DNA of 64,000 nt from Camelus ferus (taxonomy: Eukaryota). The DNA is taken from assembly GCF_009834535.1 (NCBI RefSeq), contig NC_045707.1, positions 58,902,001-58,966,000 on the forward strand. Direction: 5' to 3'. A model generated the notes under the pieces. It was not told the DNA's origin. It ran no database searches and saw only the letters and a program-made list of their open reading frames with translations. The position numbers and the translations under genes are program-made. Each line of letters begins with the position of its first letter. Within the stretch, counting starts at the first letter, position 1. Positions 26,162 through 40,846 of this stretch are shown here, piece by piece.

Positions 26162-28900
26162 CAAGGACCAAACACCTTCCCTCATGAATTCTACTAAACA
26201 TCCAGAGAGTAATTGATATGAATCCTTCTCAAACTCTTCCAAAAATAGAAGGAAACACGTACAAAAGCATATTACAAGGCAAGCATTACTCTGACACCAA
26301 AACCAGACAAAGATGTCACAAGAGAAAATAGTTACCAATCAATATCTCTGATGAATATAGATGCAAAAATCCTCCACAAAATATTAGCAAACTGAATTCA
26401 AGAATACATTAAAAGCCTCCTACACCATAATCAAGTGGGATTTATTTTAGGGATGCAAATATATAGTTCAATGTTTGCAAATCAGTCAGTGTGATACACC
26501 ACATTAACAAAATGAAAAATAAAAATCATATGATCATTTCAATAAATGCAGAAAAAGCACTTGATAAAATTCAATATTCATTTATGATAAAAATTCTCAC
26601 AATATGAGTATAGAGGAAACATACCTCAGCATAATATAGGTGATTTATGACAAACCCACAACTATTCATCCTCAATGCTAAAAAGCTGAAAGTTTTTCCC
26701 CTAAGTTCAGGACCAAGAGAAAAATGTCCACTCTTGCCACTTTCATTCACAGAATATTGGAAGTCCCAGCTAAAGCAATTAGGCAAGAAAAAGTAATAAA
26801 AGGCATCCAAAACAGAAAGAAAAAAGTAAATCTGACACTATTTGCAGATGATATATTATACACAGAAAACCCTAAGAACTCCACCAAAAAACTGGTAGAA
26901 CCAATCAATGAATTCAGTAAAGCTGCAGGATATCAAATCAATATACAGAAAGCTGTTGTGTTTCTATACATGCACACCAAACTACAAAAAGAGATTAAGA
27001 ATATAATCCCATTTCCAATTGCATCAAAAAGAATAAAATATCTAGGAATAATTTAATCAAGGAGGTAAAAGATCTGTACACTAGACACTGTAAGACATTG
27101 CTAAAACAAATTCAAGAAAATACAAATAAATGGAAAGATACTCTGTTCCCATGAGTTAGAAGAATTATTGTTAAAATGTCCATATGATGCACACAGTCTA
27201 CAGATTCAACTCAATCCCTATCAAAATTCTACTGACATTTTTCACAGAAATAGAGCAAATTATCATAAAATGTGTATCAAACCATAAAAGATCCTGAGTA
27301 GCCAAAGCAATCTTAAGAAAAACAAAGCAGGAACTTTCATGCACCCTAATTTCAAATTATACTACAAAGCTGTATTAATCAAAACAGTATGGTATTGGCA
27401 TAAACACAAACAGGTAGATCAATGGAACAGGATAGACAGGCCAGAAATAAACCCACAAATATATGGTCAATTAATTTATGAAAAAGCACTAAGAAAATAC
27501 ACTAGGAGAAAGACAGTCTCTTCAATAAGTGGTATTAAGAAAACTGGACAGACACATGCAAAAGAATGAAACTGGAACACTGTCTTACACCACACACAAA
27601 AATTAACTCAAAATGTGATGTAAGACCTGAAAATGTAAAACTCCTAGAAGAAAACATTCGTGGTAACCTCCTTGACATCAGTCTTACTGATTTTTTTTTT
27701 TGACATCAAAAACAAAAGCAATGAAAGCAAATATAAAATGGGGCTATATTCAATTTAAAAGTTTCTGTCTAGTAAAAGCTACATCAATAATATCAAAAGG
27801 CAATCTTCTTAATGGGAGAAAATATTTGCAAATCTTGTATCTGATAAGCTGGTTAATATCCAAAATAGATGAAGGTCTTATACAACTCAAAAGCAAAATA
27901 AACAATCCAATTAGAAAATGGGCAGAGGATCTGTAAAGACATTTTTCCAAGAAAGACATGCAGATGGCCAATAGACACGTAAGAAGATGCTCAACATCAC
28001 TAATCATCAGAGAAATGCCAATCAAAACTGCAATGAGATATCACCCCACACTTACCAGAATGACAATTATCAGAAAGACTAGAAATAACAGGTGTTGGTG
28101 AGGATGTGGAGGAAAGGGAACCCTTGTGCACTGATAATGAGAATACAAATTGATGCAGCCATTATGGAAAACAGTATGGAGGGTCCTAAAAAAATTAAAA
28201 CCACAACTACCATATGATCTAGCAATTCCACTTTTGGGTACTGATTTCAAGAAAACAAAAATTAACTCAAAAAGATCTGTGTATCCTCATTCATTGCAGT
28301 ATTATTTACAATAGCCAAGATGCAAAAACAACCTAAGCATCCCATGATGTGAGATTTTATACACACACACACACACACACACACACGTGTATAGTTGAGC
28401 CTGAAAAACAATGATATCCTGGCATTATCATTTGCAACAACATGGGTGGACTATTATGCTAGGTGAAGTAAGTCAGGATGAGAAAGACAAATACCATCTG
28501 ATTTCACTTATATGTGGAGTCAAAAAACCAACCAAACAAACAAACAAAAATAACCATGCTCACAGATTGGTAGTTGCCAGAGCAGAGCTGGGGTTGAGGG
28601 ATGGGGGAGATGAATGAAGGTGATCAAAAGGTATAAATTTCCAGTTATAAAGTAAGTCAAGAGCATGTAATATACAGCATGGTGACAATAGTTAATAATA
28701 TTGTATCTTATATGTCAAAGTCACTATGAGAGTAGTTTATAGAAGTACTTATCACAAGAAAAAATGTGTAATTTTGTATAGTGACAGAAGTTAACTAGAC
28801 CTATTTTAATGACCATTTTGGAATAGATACCCATATTAAATAATGTATGTTATATACCCCAAACTAACATAATATATCAATTCTTTTTCAATTACAAATA
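25265..28900 (+). mobile_element. L1 with most of ORF2 (endonuclease end, RT, C-terminus) and 3'UTR, frameshifted
   Basis: ORFs LGHKITYNNFKKVEI, LEVPAKAIRQEK...[23 protein letters not shown]. Contains (AC)n at about 26113-26157 and 28361-28386. Confidence 0.95.
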
Positions 28901-28924
28901 AGGATAAACAATGTGGTATCATAA

Positions 28925-29150
28925 ACAGTGCTTACATACTGGGTGTCTGGGACTTTGCTAGGCATGATAAGAGAATTCAGGCAATACTTCTAATTTCTTT
29001 TTTAAAAAGTACCTTATAAACTTACCAGCTTTCACCAAATGAAAAAACAAAGCTCAGAGGAGTTAAACATTTGCCCCAAATAAAACAGCTGGAAAGTCAA
29101 TTCTAGAGTATGAACTGTGATCTGAATTCAACTCCAAGGCTATTATTATT
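28925..29150 (-). mobile_element. MIR
   Basis: 'aaagctcagaggagttaaacatttgccc...cagctggaaag'. Confidence 0.65.
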
Positions 29151-30492
29151 GAGTTCACCATTCAAGGCCCTGGAATCCAACTGGAGAAATAGAAACTATG
29201 AAGGTGTGAGAGAAGTACAGCCTCTGAGTGGGAGATTTTAAGCATGATGGGCTGTTTCTTTCATTGTATCCTCTTTCTACTAGAAGAAGAGCATTTTCAG
29301 TTACCTTATAACCAAGAATGAAATCCAACTTATTAACATGCATTTTAAATAAACTTATTTACTATAATTATATAAACTGCACATAGTTTGTCATGTAATC
29401 TACCTGTGATTAAATACATATAGAGGTCCAGGATAAAATCTTTGTATCTGAGTCACTTTGTCCATACATGCATTTTGTCCTTATAACACCCTCAACTATA
29501 TTTGCTTTGAGCAATGAACAGTGGTGATGGGCAAAAGATAATTCTTTTCACATATTTAGTATTGTAGGTACTTTGCAATTCCTATCAGTTGTGAAACTGT
29601 ATACAAATGTGAGTGTGGAATTAAATTTTTTCTAATGCATAGATATCTATGGAACCTGGATACACAAGGCATCCATAACATATGGATAATCTGCATATGC
29701 AAAACATAAGCTAGTGACCCTGGCAGCATCCCTGGCAGCATCATCATGCTCAATCAGTGAAAATTAATCGTCATTAACTATAACCTTCTGGGCCAATTAA
29801 TTTGAAATATATCATTTTGAGCAGTTTAGAAAGGATTTTTTTTAAATCATTATTAGAAAGTCTTTCCATGTGACAAAATAAGAGTCCAGGGGAAAAAAAT
29901 GATGTTACATTCAAAGGATAATGTAGTCATATGTTGAGTAAAGAAATGTTTTTACATCTTTAGTGGTTTATTTGTTGCAGAGCATTTGGAGCGTACGTTA
30001 ACTGAAAATTCATTTTATAGCAGTCAACTTTTAAAGTACATCGATAACTTATACTTGAAAACATTCATCATATATGAAAAACAAATTAGCCCAAGAGCTC
30101 CCCAGCCAGCACTTCATCTGCTCAGTGGAGAGCCTGTTGGTATCAGCTCCTGTGGATGGTTTGCAGAAGACCATCCTCCTAAATCCTTAGCAATCCCTGA
30201 ATAGCCTCCAGCATCAGCCTTAATTTAAGCATGAAGGCGAATTAATGCAGAGGTTCCCTCCGATTCCTAAACTCTGAGCTGTCTAATCACTGCTTTGGCT
30301 CTGCCCTGGGTAATCAGTGCATCAGAACTGTGACTCATTCCTGGGTGAATGGAGTCTGGTGTGGACCTGGGTGGCTGAGGGCGTAATTATACTCATTTCA
30401 CAGCAGGAACAACTAGTATATTTAGAATTCTCTGTACTGCCCGAGATCCTATTTGATCTACTGACCTTAAGATGAAAATCCTCCAGATGAAT

Positions 30493-30503
30493 TGCTGAGT
30501 CAT
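30493..30503. promoter_or_regulatory. Perfect CNC-sMaf (NF-E2/NRF2 ARE) motif TGCTGAGTCAT
   Basis: Exact consensus match in non-repeat DNA; function untested. Confidence 0.3.
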
Positions 30504-30959
30504 GTAATATCTAGTCTCTCTTTTTCTCTCCATCTCTTTCTGTTCTTTACTGGTGGAGGGCTAAGACCTCATCTTAAACATCTGTAACATCTTAATTTTC
30601 AGTTCACGGGAATAAGATTATTTCCTTGATTTTCTGTACATCTTACATGGCCTCAGTTTCTTTTTGAATATGAACTGATTAAAATTCCTGATTTTAGGTC
30701 AATACCACTGTTGACCGTAGAGACCACCTAGTGCAAGTCATAATTGTCAGTTAAATTTGTTCCTTCAAGGTTTACTATTGGTACCTGGACAATCCTGACA
30801 ATATGGGCACAGGTTATTAGGAGACATATGTTAATTTCCAAGATACTACAATGTTATTATATAGTGAGTCTGCAACCAGTTCAATGTTCTCTACTAAAAC
30901 TGCAATTTAACCTACCGTAATTTAGACTTCATTTCGAATCTGTAGTAAGAATAGCAGCA

Positions 30960-31180
30960 TCTCAGATGTACCAGGCATTGTCCCAAATAATTTATTTGTA
31001 TTATTTCAACCCCCACAAAAATTCCTATGAGATAATTTTTTGTCATCTTGATTTAATAAATCTGATAAACAAGACTTTGTGATTTTATGGGATTTGTCCA
31101 AGCCCTAAAAGCAAGTAAATGGTAGACCACAAAGTTAATCCAGGTGGGTCTGAATCCATAGCCCATGATCTTAATCAACA
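30960..31180 (-). mobile_element. MIR
   Basis: 'ccaggcattgtcc...cctatgagata...tttgtccaag...gtaaatggtag...gtctgaatccatagcccatgatcttaa'. Confidence 0.7.
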
Positions 31181-33664
31181 GTATATACTACTTCACAAAA
31201 AAATAAATATACAGACTGAAAGCTGTGAAAGCATTTAGATAGTCTTTGAAATAGCTAACTTATCTAAAACTGAAATGTATTCTCTCTGAATCTGAGCCAA
31301 TCCATTGAGTTTTTAAGAGTTGAAATTAACTATAATATTGTATTTTAAGAGCCAGATATTTAACTGAATCAACTTTTATCAGACTTTACGATGATTTGAC
31401 AGAGTTCCGCACAGCTAAAATAATACAGTATACCCAGAATCTTTAGTCTGTATTTGGAAAAAAACTTTGTCAAATGTGAGACTACAATTTTTTTAACATA
31501 AATATAGTACCGGGATCCATTATTTCGCACATTGTCAAATGGAAATCCTGCTGAATATTTTATTCATGAGATTTCTCAACATAAGTTTGCAAGATATTAA
31601 GCAGTCTAATTATTTTCCAAAGCAGATATGTGCAGTAACAGCAACAGGAGTGTTATTTTAGAATTAGGCTATTTTCACATTAGCTCTGTAGCACAGACTT
31701 TTAGAACTCACTTGAAATGCAAAACCTGTAAAAAAAACACTTCTCAGAAATGAAATAGGGTGGTGCCTACACCCACAGTTGTAATGGAGAATTCCCAAAG
31801 CATTCCAAAATGTCCACATAGTCGGACATTTTCTCCCAGGCATAATTATCTTTTAATTCCATCAATTTCACACTCATTGTTTTTTTTTCCATGACCAAGT
31901 CTCCCATAAGAATTAGGTGTACATTCAACCTGACAAGTTTGCTATGTTTAAATTTACTTGTCCTTTCCTATACAGTTACTGTCCCTCTTCTTGTATGTAA
32001 GGTTTTATATACACTAAAGGGAAGTGGACACATGAAACAGCTGGAGGCTCTGATTCATGGTTATAGGTCGCAGACATGGACCTGGCTGGGTGTGACTGTC
32101 TTCATGACCCAAAAGACCTGGAGCCTTTAAAGCTTTCTGATCTTCCCATCCTGCTTTAGTAGACTCAACTAAAATGATCACTTGTAATAGTGGACTGTCG
32201 TATGAAGAACGCAGCCACAGCCAATAACCAGTGCTGCGGCACACATTTCCGGGAGAGGAGGGCTCAAAGACCTTGATATAAGTGGTAACCCATGTGACTG
32301 TGTCTAAGAAACACAAAGAACAGTCTTTCCACCCAGCCTTAAACAGTCTACCTTGGGAACTGTGTGTTTACAGCTAATTGCAACCAGGTACAGGGCTGGT
32401 GGTTGGGCTGAATTCACACAGACAGACAAAAGGGATTTAAAACATTTGTGTTGTTGAAGAAAAGGGCATGCTGATATATTGACATAGCACAGTTTTCAAT
32501 ATTTATCCAAACCAACCGAAAAATACATTTGTCTGATTGGACTATTCATCTCATCTCCCTACTTCCTATGTTCTTCACCCTTTTGGAGGAAGAGAGAGGC
32601 AATCTGACAGGATAACATTTAGTTATCAAATCTATTATTTCATTTTAATTATGTAACAATTTAATCATGGCTGCTACTTCCTGAAATTAGATTATGATTT
32701 TTCCCTAAACCATTTGCTTATTCTTGTCATCACTCTTATTATTCCAGTGCTTGAAATTCTGATACAAAGATATATTTTTAAGTGTTCTTGTTCTTGGAAA
32801 AATATCAGTAGGCTCCCAGCAAATCTCTCAAAGCAGTGAAACTGCATTTGGATTTTTGCATTAAAATGACAGATGAAAGGAGAGAGACAGCAATGTGGTC
32901 TAGGAGCGAGGCAGCCAGGTGCTTAGTAAGGATTATGTTTGCTAATTTAAAAAGGAGTGGGGAAAAAAATCTGTGCACATCAGCGGTCTAAAAACAGGAG
33001 CAGAAACACGACTGAATTCCAGCTGTGTCATTTATTCCATCACTGTGGTGCGTGCGCCACCTTCCTCTCCTCCTCGACTTTATCCTTCCCTTTTTCTTCA
33101 GTTTCCACCCACATGGATTGTTGCCACCACCTATCATCCTCCAAGGGAGACAGGAAGGTGGCCTGGCAGCTTCAGCTCCCTGGAGAGCTGGTGCAGCTCC
33201 CAGTTCTGGAAATTAGCTCACTGTGAGTGCTGGATACCTTGGAGCACTGAAATTTCACACTGTGCTAACGTGCCTGCAGTTCCGTATTTTAGGCTGTGTG
33301 TGATTACAAGTGCTTAACAGGCTAGTAAGATCACCCATAGGACATGTTTGTAGAAACTGTAGTTCAGAATGATATCTAAATGCTTTTCTTTTCTTCCTGA
33401 AAATCAGGACAGGATGGAGAGGCTGCTCACTTGTAATAGGATAATGGAAGAGAGCTGTTTACTTCTAAGGCTTCTGGACCAAGCTTTTAAACAGAGCAAT
33501 TAAAACTGTATGCATGGCAGAATAAGGATGTACACTGAGAGTACAAAAAACGTGATGTTATTTTCTCTTCCTACTCTCCAGATATGTGAAAGGCTCCTTA
33601 CACCATCCTCTCCACGGGCCTTTGGAAGGCATTCTTTTAGTTGCAAAGTGCCTTACACGAACTT

Positions 33665-33882
33665 ATAAGGTGTGACAGTAAATAACAAGGACAATTACTA
33701 ACAAATACCACAATGAGTGCTGACCTTCTAAGAAATTGCTCTGGGAGACGGTACATTAATTACAATGAAGTTACCCCGGCTTGAAACATCTTTGGAACTC
33801 CTCTTATGGAATTGTGTTCAGAGAGCCTGTTTTACAAGCCACCTAAGAAAATGAATTTCATTACCTTGTGGTCACACCTCGT
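33665..33882. mobile_element. Short Tc1/mariner-type fossil (MARNA-like) with terminal inverted repeats
   Basis: Left end 'ataaggtgtgac' versus right end 'gtcacacctcgt' (10/12 inverted match); internal 'aaacatctttggaactcctctt.tggaattg..ttcagag'. Confidence 0.6.
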
Positions 33883-34905
33883 GTGTTCTCACCACTGTGG
33901 GTGAACTCAGGATGAGTTTAAAACTGAGCTGTTTTATAACCAGTCTGAATTGGATGGGATAGCATTTGTCATCGACAGTACTTTTCAGTTTCTGTTCTTT
34001 TATTTTTTTTTTTTAACAGAAGCTCTCATTTCAAGTATTCGTGAACTGCTTATTGAATTTCAACAAGAAGTTCATGAATTTTTCAGCATCTAGCAAGACT
34101 GATTCAATAATATCTAGACCATTTCCATAGAAATGGGCTTATTATTATTACTAACTTCCAATATTTTCACATGGCAGGTCAAGAAAAAATAACGTTTTAA
34201 AAACTCATGAAGAAGTATGGTTCTTGAGTTTTCAGAAGTTCTAGAAAATGAGACTTTCACCCTGGGGTGAAATCTGACAGTTAACTTTATCAACTCCAAA
34301 AAAAAAAAAAAAAAATGAAATCCATCAAACTGAAAAGACTATAATTAAAAATAAAATAATGGCTTTGCAGTTCTGACTATAATGACCATGGTAAAGGAAA
34401 GCAAAATTTGATTTTTTAGCTGCACATGAATAAATCAATCATAGCAACTACAAATAAGGCCCTTAATTTAAAAACAATCTAAACACCATTTAAAATTCTT
34501 TTTCCAAATTTATATATGCTTCTTAAAAACCTTGATTATATTAATTAAGTAATCATTGAAGGCAACTGAACACAAATTTTAAAATCCAGGTTCACTCAAG
34601 TACCAATATAATGTAAAATCCCTCATAAATTTAGTAGTGAGTTATTCTAAATACTTAAAAATATTGTCATCAGCTACTGTCAAAAGAGATATTCCTCTAA
34701 TTAAGAAAAACAATTTAACAATGTTTTTAAAGCACAGGTAGTAGGCCATAAATGAGTCGTATTCCAAATGTTTATACAGTCAAGTTGCAAAATTTAACTG
34801 ACAGTGTATCTCAGATATGCAGAAGAAAAGTACATTATTTATCTGTACTTGGGCTGGTTTTTTTCATAAATATCTACTTAATTCTAGGATGTAACTAGGC
34901 AGGCA

Positions 34906-34943
34906 TGTGTGAGTGTGTGTGAGTGTGTGTGAGAGTGTGTGAG

Positions 34944-34986
<43 letters not shown>
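34906..34986. repeat. (GT)n/(GA) compound microsatellite
   Basis: Directly visible. Confidence 0.95.
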
Positions 34987-34987
<1 letters not shown>

Positions 34988-35499
34988 AGTCAGGGGGAGT
35001 GATATATAGCCAAGCATTTAAAAGCTTTCAAACTTAGTTCAACATAATGATGAGGCAATCCCATCTCATCACACTCCATTTCTGTAGGAAATAAGAAAAT
35101 TTGTATTTCTTTGTATTCTACCTTCCTCTTGAGTAACCAACATGACATCTCTGTCTATGGGAGAAAAAGCATGACCAAATCCTAGTTAAACTGATGTAGA
35201 ACCCAAATGTGAAAGCTGCTAAAATTTAAGGGCTCTCCCATCACACAGCCTAGAGCCCTGGTGGGCTATGATATGATATAATTGATTGCTTTCCTTACCC
35301 CCTTTTAGTTCAACTTGTGATTGTTTCCATCAGTAGAGGTGGAATAAAGGTACTTGCTGCATACAGAGATTTGCCATATTGTAGTAGAAGAAAAAAAAAA
35401 GGATGAGAACTCAATTATTCCTTTTGTAATGATTCCAAATGTTCAAACAGGCTCATCTTGCATTTATCACCCTATCTGAGAGTTCAACTCTCTTTAAGA

Positions 35500-35662
35500 A
35501 CTTGCTACTCAGAGTGTGAAACAGGTGAGGCAATGCCTGCCTCACCTGGGAGTTCGTTAGAAGCAAAGAACCCCAGACACACTTTAGACCTATGGAATCA
35601 AACCCCACATTTTAACAATATAGCCCAGAAACCTTATGCAATTTAATGTTTGAGATACACAG
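35500..35662. mobile_element. MER5-type hAT-Charlie MITE
   Basis: 'tcacctgggagttcgttagaa...agaccta.ggaatca...cattttaacaa...gtttgaga'. Confidence 0.75.
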
Positions 35663-36639
35663 GCACTCAGAGTCAGAAAAATCTGCTATCAGTTTTGTTT
35701 CTACCTCGTGACCTTGCTCAACTCAGGATTGTATTTCTCACCCACAGAATGGGAATAATACACTTGTAGGCTGTTTATACATACATTTTTGGCATTTAAC
35801 AAGGTTTTCTCCATGTTTTTGTCTAGGTAACAAAAAAAGCCCTTGTGCTATTGGGATTCAGCTAAGGTCTCACTGGGAATTCTACCTGTAATTATTCCTC
35901 AAAATACTATATCTGACAAAACTCTGTGTTCTATAGTCAAGCAGAGCTGGATTTTGACCCTGATGCTGTCTCTTACAAGATTTTTATGAAGATTAAATGA
36001 CATAATTAAAATGAAAATGTTTAGCAGTTTTTTCTGAAACACACTAACAATTCAACGTTTCCCTAATGAATATGGATTTGCTCTAAAACATTTGAGTGAA
36101 ATGAATGCTATGTTGTTTTGTTCATCTAAAGCCAAGAGAATATGGTTCTAAAGATCCAACTCACTGACCAGAGTTTGATGAGATTCTCGGAGATGTATTC
36201 CTTTTCCAGAAAGTGAGTGTAGCAGCCAGTCGTTAGCATGTCTTGGCCACGAAGGGACTCAAGTATTTAATTCTTTGGTTATCTGGCCACAGTAGTTTTA
36301 TTTTCCTTTCTTGCCCTCTTTCAGATAACTGATTCTCTTTCAATAATTAAATCTCCTACCTCTTCAAAATTGCCGATTTTAGTTCTAAAACTTAAAAAAA
36401 AAAAACTTAAGAAATGAAGTCACAAATAAATGAATGGCTGATCCTAAATTATCCTCCTATAAATAATCATATGTGAGAAAGAATATTGCTTAATCCAAAT
36501 GAATTTTATTCTGTTTTTCTATTATTGTGCTCACACACATACACTAAAACATATTTTTTTATGTGGACTATTTATTGAGAGCCTACTATGCACAGGACAC
36601 CTTTCTCGGTAATGAAGAGTCCAAGTTTAAAAATAGCCA

Positions 36640-37860
36640 AAAAGACCTGCTGGAACAACCATACATCCACATGCAAAAATATGAATCTAGACACAGACCT
36701 TAAACTTTTCAGAAAAATTTACTCAAAATGGATCATAGATACATATGTAAAATGTAAAACTGTAAAACTCCTGGAAAGTAACATAGGAGAAAATTCAGAT
36801 GACCTCTGCTTTGGCAGTAACTTTTTAGACACAATACCAGAGGCATAATCCATGGGGAAAAAACGATTAGTAAACTAGACCTAATTAAAGTTAAATTTTT
36901 TAGTCTTTGAAAGGTAACAAAAAGAGGAGCTACAGACTCAGAGAAAATATTTGCATAAAAGACATATCTGATAAAGGACTGTTAACAAAAATATAGAAAG
37001 AATTTTTTTAAACTCAAAAATAAGAAAACAAACAATCTGACTAAAGAATGGGCCAAAGACCTTAATAGACCTTAACTTACCAAAAATGATATACAAAAGG
37101 CCAGTAAGCATATACTCTACATCGTATATCTGATTAAAACAATGAGGTACTACTACAATTCTCTAAGAATTACCAAGATCCAGAACTTTGACAATATTAA
37201 ATAGTGGTGAGAATGCGGAGCAACAGAAATTCTCATTCATTGTTGGTGGGAATGTAAAATGGTATAGTCACTTTGGAAGGAAGTTTGGTACTTTCTTAAA
37301 AAAAACTGAACATTTTCTTACTATATAATTTAGCAACTGCACTCAGTATTTACTGGAAGGAGTTGAAAGCTTCTGTTCACACAAAACCTGCACTCAGATG
37401 TTTACAGCAGTTTTATTCATGATTGTCAAAACTTGAAAGCAAACAAGATATCCTTCAGTAGGTGAGTGGATAAATAAACCATAGCATATACATACAATGG
37501 AATACTGTTCAGTGCTAACAATAAATGAGCTATCTTTCACTTAGCAGTATGCACTTAAGTTTCCCCTATGTTTCTTCACGGCCATGAAACTGCATACTGC
37601 AAAGTGAAAGAAGACAATCTGAAAAGTCTACATATTGTATGATTCCAATTATGTAACACTCTGGAAAAGGCAAACTTTGGAAGCAGTAAAGAAATCAGTG
37701 TTTGCCAGGGGTTGCGGTAGGGCAAGAGTGGGAAGATGAAGAGGCAGAGCACAGAGCGTTTCTAGGGCAGTGAAAATACTGTTAATACCATAATAATAAA
37801 TAAATGTTATAATGTATTTGTCCAAACCCATAAAATGTATAACACCAAGAGTGAACTGCA
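36640..37860 (+). mobile_element. L1MC-like 3' region
   Basis: 'tggaacaaccatacatccacatgcaaaaatatgaatctagac...cacaaaacctgcac...cacca agagtgaac'-type L1MC sequence. Confidence 0.85.
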
Positions 37861-40790
37861 ACAGAAATCTGTTGCCTTTTTATACATAAATAACACATTA
37901 CAAAAAGATAAAGTAAGAATGTAATCCCACTTCCAACTGCATCAAAAAGAGTAAGATGCCTAGGAATAATTTAACCAAGGGGGAGAAAGATCTGTACACC
38001 AAAAGCTGTAAGATACTGATGAAAGAAACTGAAGAAAATACAAATAAATGGAATGATATTCCCTGTTCTTTGGTTGGAAGAATTAAAATTGTTAAAATGC
38101 CCATACTACCTTAACAGGCTACAGATTCAACCCAATCCCTCTCAAAACTCCAGTGTCATTTTTCACAGAAATAGAGCAAACCATCTTAAAATGTGTTTGG
38201 AACTACCAAAGACCCTGAGAAGCCAAAGAAATTTTGATAAAGCAGAACGACAGCTGGAGGCTTGATGCTCCCTGATTTCAAGCTATATTACAATGCTCTA
38301 GGAATCAAATTAGTATGGTACAGGCCAATATCACTGATTAAACACAGATGCAAAAATCCTCAACAAAATACTAGCAAACCAAATCCAACAATATATTAAA
38401 AGTGTCATACAGCGATCAAGTGGGATTTATCTCCCAGGGATGCAAAGATTTTTCAATATCCGCAAATTAATCAATGTGATACACCACACATTAACATATT
38501 GAAGAATTAAAACAATATGATCATCTCAATAGATGCAGAAAAAGCTTCTGATAAAATTCAACAACCATTTATCATAAAAACTCTCCAGAAAGTGGGCACA
38601 GGAAGAACATACCTCACATAATAAAGGCCATATATGACTAACATCATACTCAATGGTGAAAAGCTGAACACATTCTAAGATCAGGAATAAGGAAAGGATG
38701 TCCACCTAGACATTTTTATTCAACATAGTTTTGGAAGTCCTAGCCACAGCAGTCAGAGAAGAAAAATTAATAATAGGAATCCAAACTGGAAAAACTGTCA
38801 CTGTTTGCAGATGACACAGTACTATACATAGAAAATCTTCAACATGCCACCAGAAAACTACTAGAACTCATCAATGAATCTAATAAAGTTTCAGAATACA
38901 AAGGTAATATACAGAATTCTACTGCATTTCTGTATACCAGAAAAAGAAATTAAAGAAACAATCCCATTTACCATTGCATCAAAAATAATCAAACACCTAG
39001 GAATATACCTACTTAAGGAAGGAAAAGGCCTGTACTCTGAAAACTCTAAGGTGCTGATGAAAGAAATTGAAGACAACACAAACAGATGGAAAGATATACC
39101 ATGTTTTTGGATTGGAAGAATCTATATTGTTAAAATGGCCATAGTACTCAAGGCAATGGAGATCTACAGATTCAATGCAATCCTTATCAAATTACCAATG
39201 GCAATTTTTTCACAGAACTGGAACAAAATTTTTTTTTAATTTGTACAGGAACACAAAGACCCAGAATAGCCAAAACAATCTTGAGAAAGAACAGAGCTGG
39301 AGGGATCACACTCCCTGAATTCAGACTATACTACAAAGCTACAGTAATCAAAAATAGTATGATACTGGCATAAAAACAGACACATGGATCAACAGAACAA
39401 GATAGAAAGCCCAGAAATAAATGAATACCTTATGGTCAATGAATCTATGACAAAGGAGGCAAGAATATACAATGGAGAAAAGACAGTCTCTTCCATAGTG
39501 GTGATGGGAAAGCTGGACAGCTATATATAAAAGAATGAAATTAGGACATTCTCTAACACCATATACAAAAATAAACTCAAAATGGATTAAAGACCTAAAT
39601 GTAAGACCAGATACTCCAAAACTCCTAGAGGAAAACACAGGCAGAATACTCTTTGACATAAATATGTTTTAATCACAGAAATATTTTTTTAAATACCTCT
39701 CCTAGAGTAATGGAAACAAAAGCAAAAATAAACAAATGGGATCTATTTAAACTTAAAGGCTTTTGCACAGCAAAGGAAACCATAAACAAAATGAAAAGAC
39801 AACCTACAGAATCAGAGAAAGTATTTATAAATGATACAACCAACATGGGATTAATTTCCAAAATATACAAACAGCTTATACAGCTCAATATTTGAAAAAA
39901 AAAAAAAAAAAGAGAAAAAAGTAAGAAAACCAAATAATCCAATCAAAAAATGGGCAGAATACCTAAATAGACATTTATGCACAGAAGAGATACAGATGAC
40001 CAATCAGGCAGATGAATAGATACTCAATGTTATTAATTATTAGAGAAATGCAAATTGATTAGAATGGCCTGGCCATCATCAAAAAGTATACAAATAATAA
40101 ATGCTGGAGAAGATGTGGATAAAAGAAACCCTCCTATGTATTTGATGAGAATGTAAATTGGTACAGCCACTATAGAGAACAGTATGGAGGTTACTATAAA
40201 TAAAACTAAAAACTACCATATGATCCAGCAATCCCACTCCTGGGCATATATCCAGAAAAACTGAAAACTAATTCAAAAAGATACATGCACCCCAATGTTC
40301 ATAACAGCTCTATTTACAACAGCCAAGACATGGAAGCAACCTAAATGTCTACAATAGATGAATGGATAAAGAAGATGTGGTATACATACGTACAGTAAAA
40401 TATTACTCAGCCATAAAAAAGAATGAAATAATGCCTTCCACAGCAACATGAATGGATCCAGAGATTATCCTACTAAGTGAAGTCATACAGAGCAAGACAA
40501 ATATCACTTACACACGGAATCTGAGAAATTGATACAAATGAACTTACCTATAAAACAGAAATAGACTCACTGACATAAAATCAATTTTATGGTTACCAAA
40601 GGGAAGAGGGAAGGGGTAAATTAGGAATTTGGGACTAGCAGATACATACTACTATATATAAAATAGGTAAGTAATAAATAAAGACAAATAAATAAGGTCC
40701 TATTGTATAGCACAGGGGACCATATTCAGTATACTGTAGTAACATATAATGGGAAAGAACCTGAAAAAAGACAAATTTATATGTGTGTGT

Positions 40791-40846
<56 letters not shown>

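Noticed and set aside
26724..27936. ORFs with RT (LFADD) and other L1 ORF2 motifs as an active retroelement or novel RT system
   Set aside because: Ordinary L1 ORF2, fragmented by stops and frameshifts
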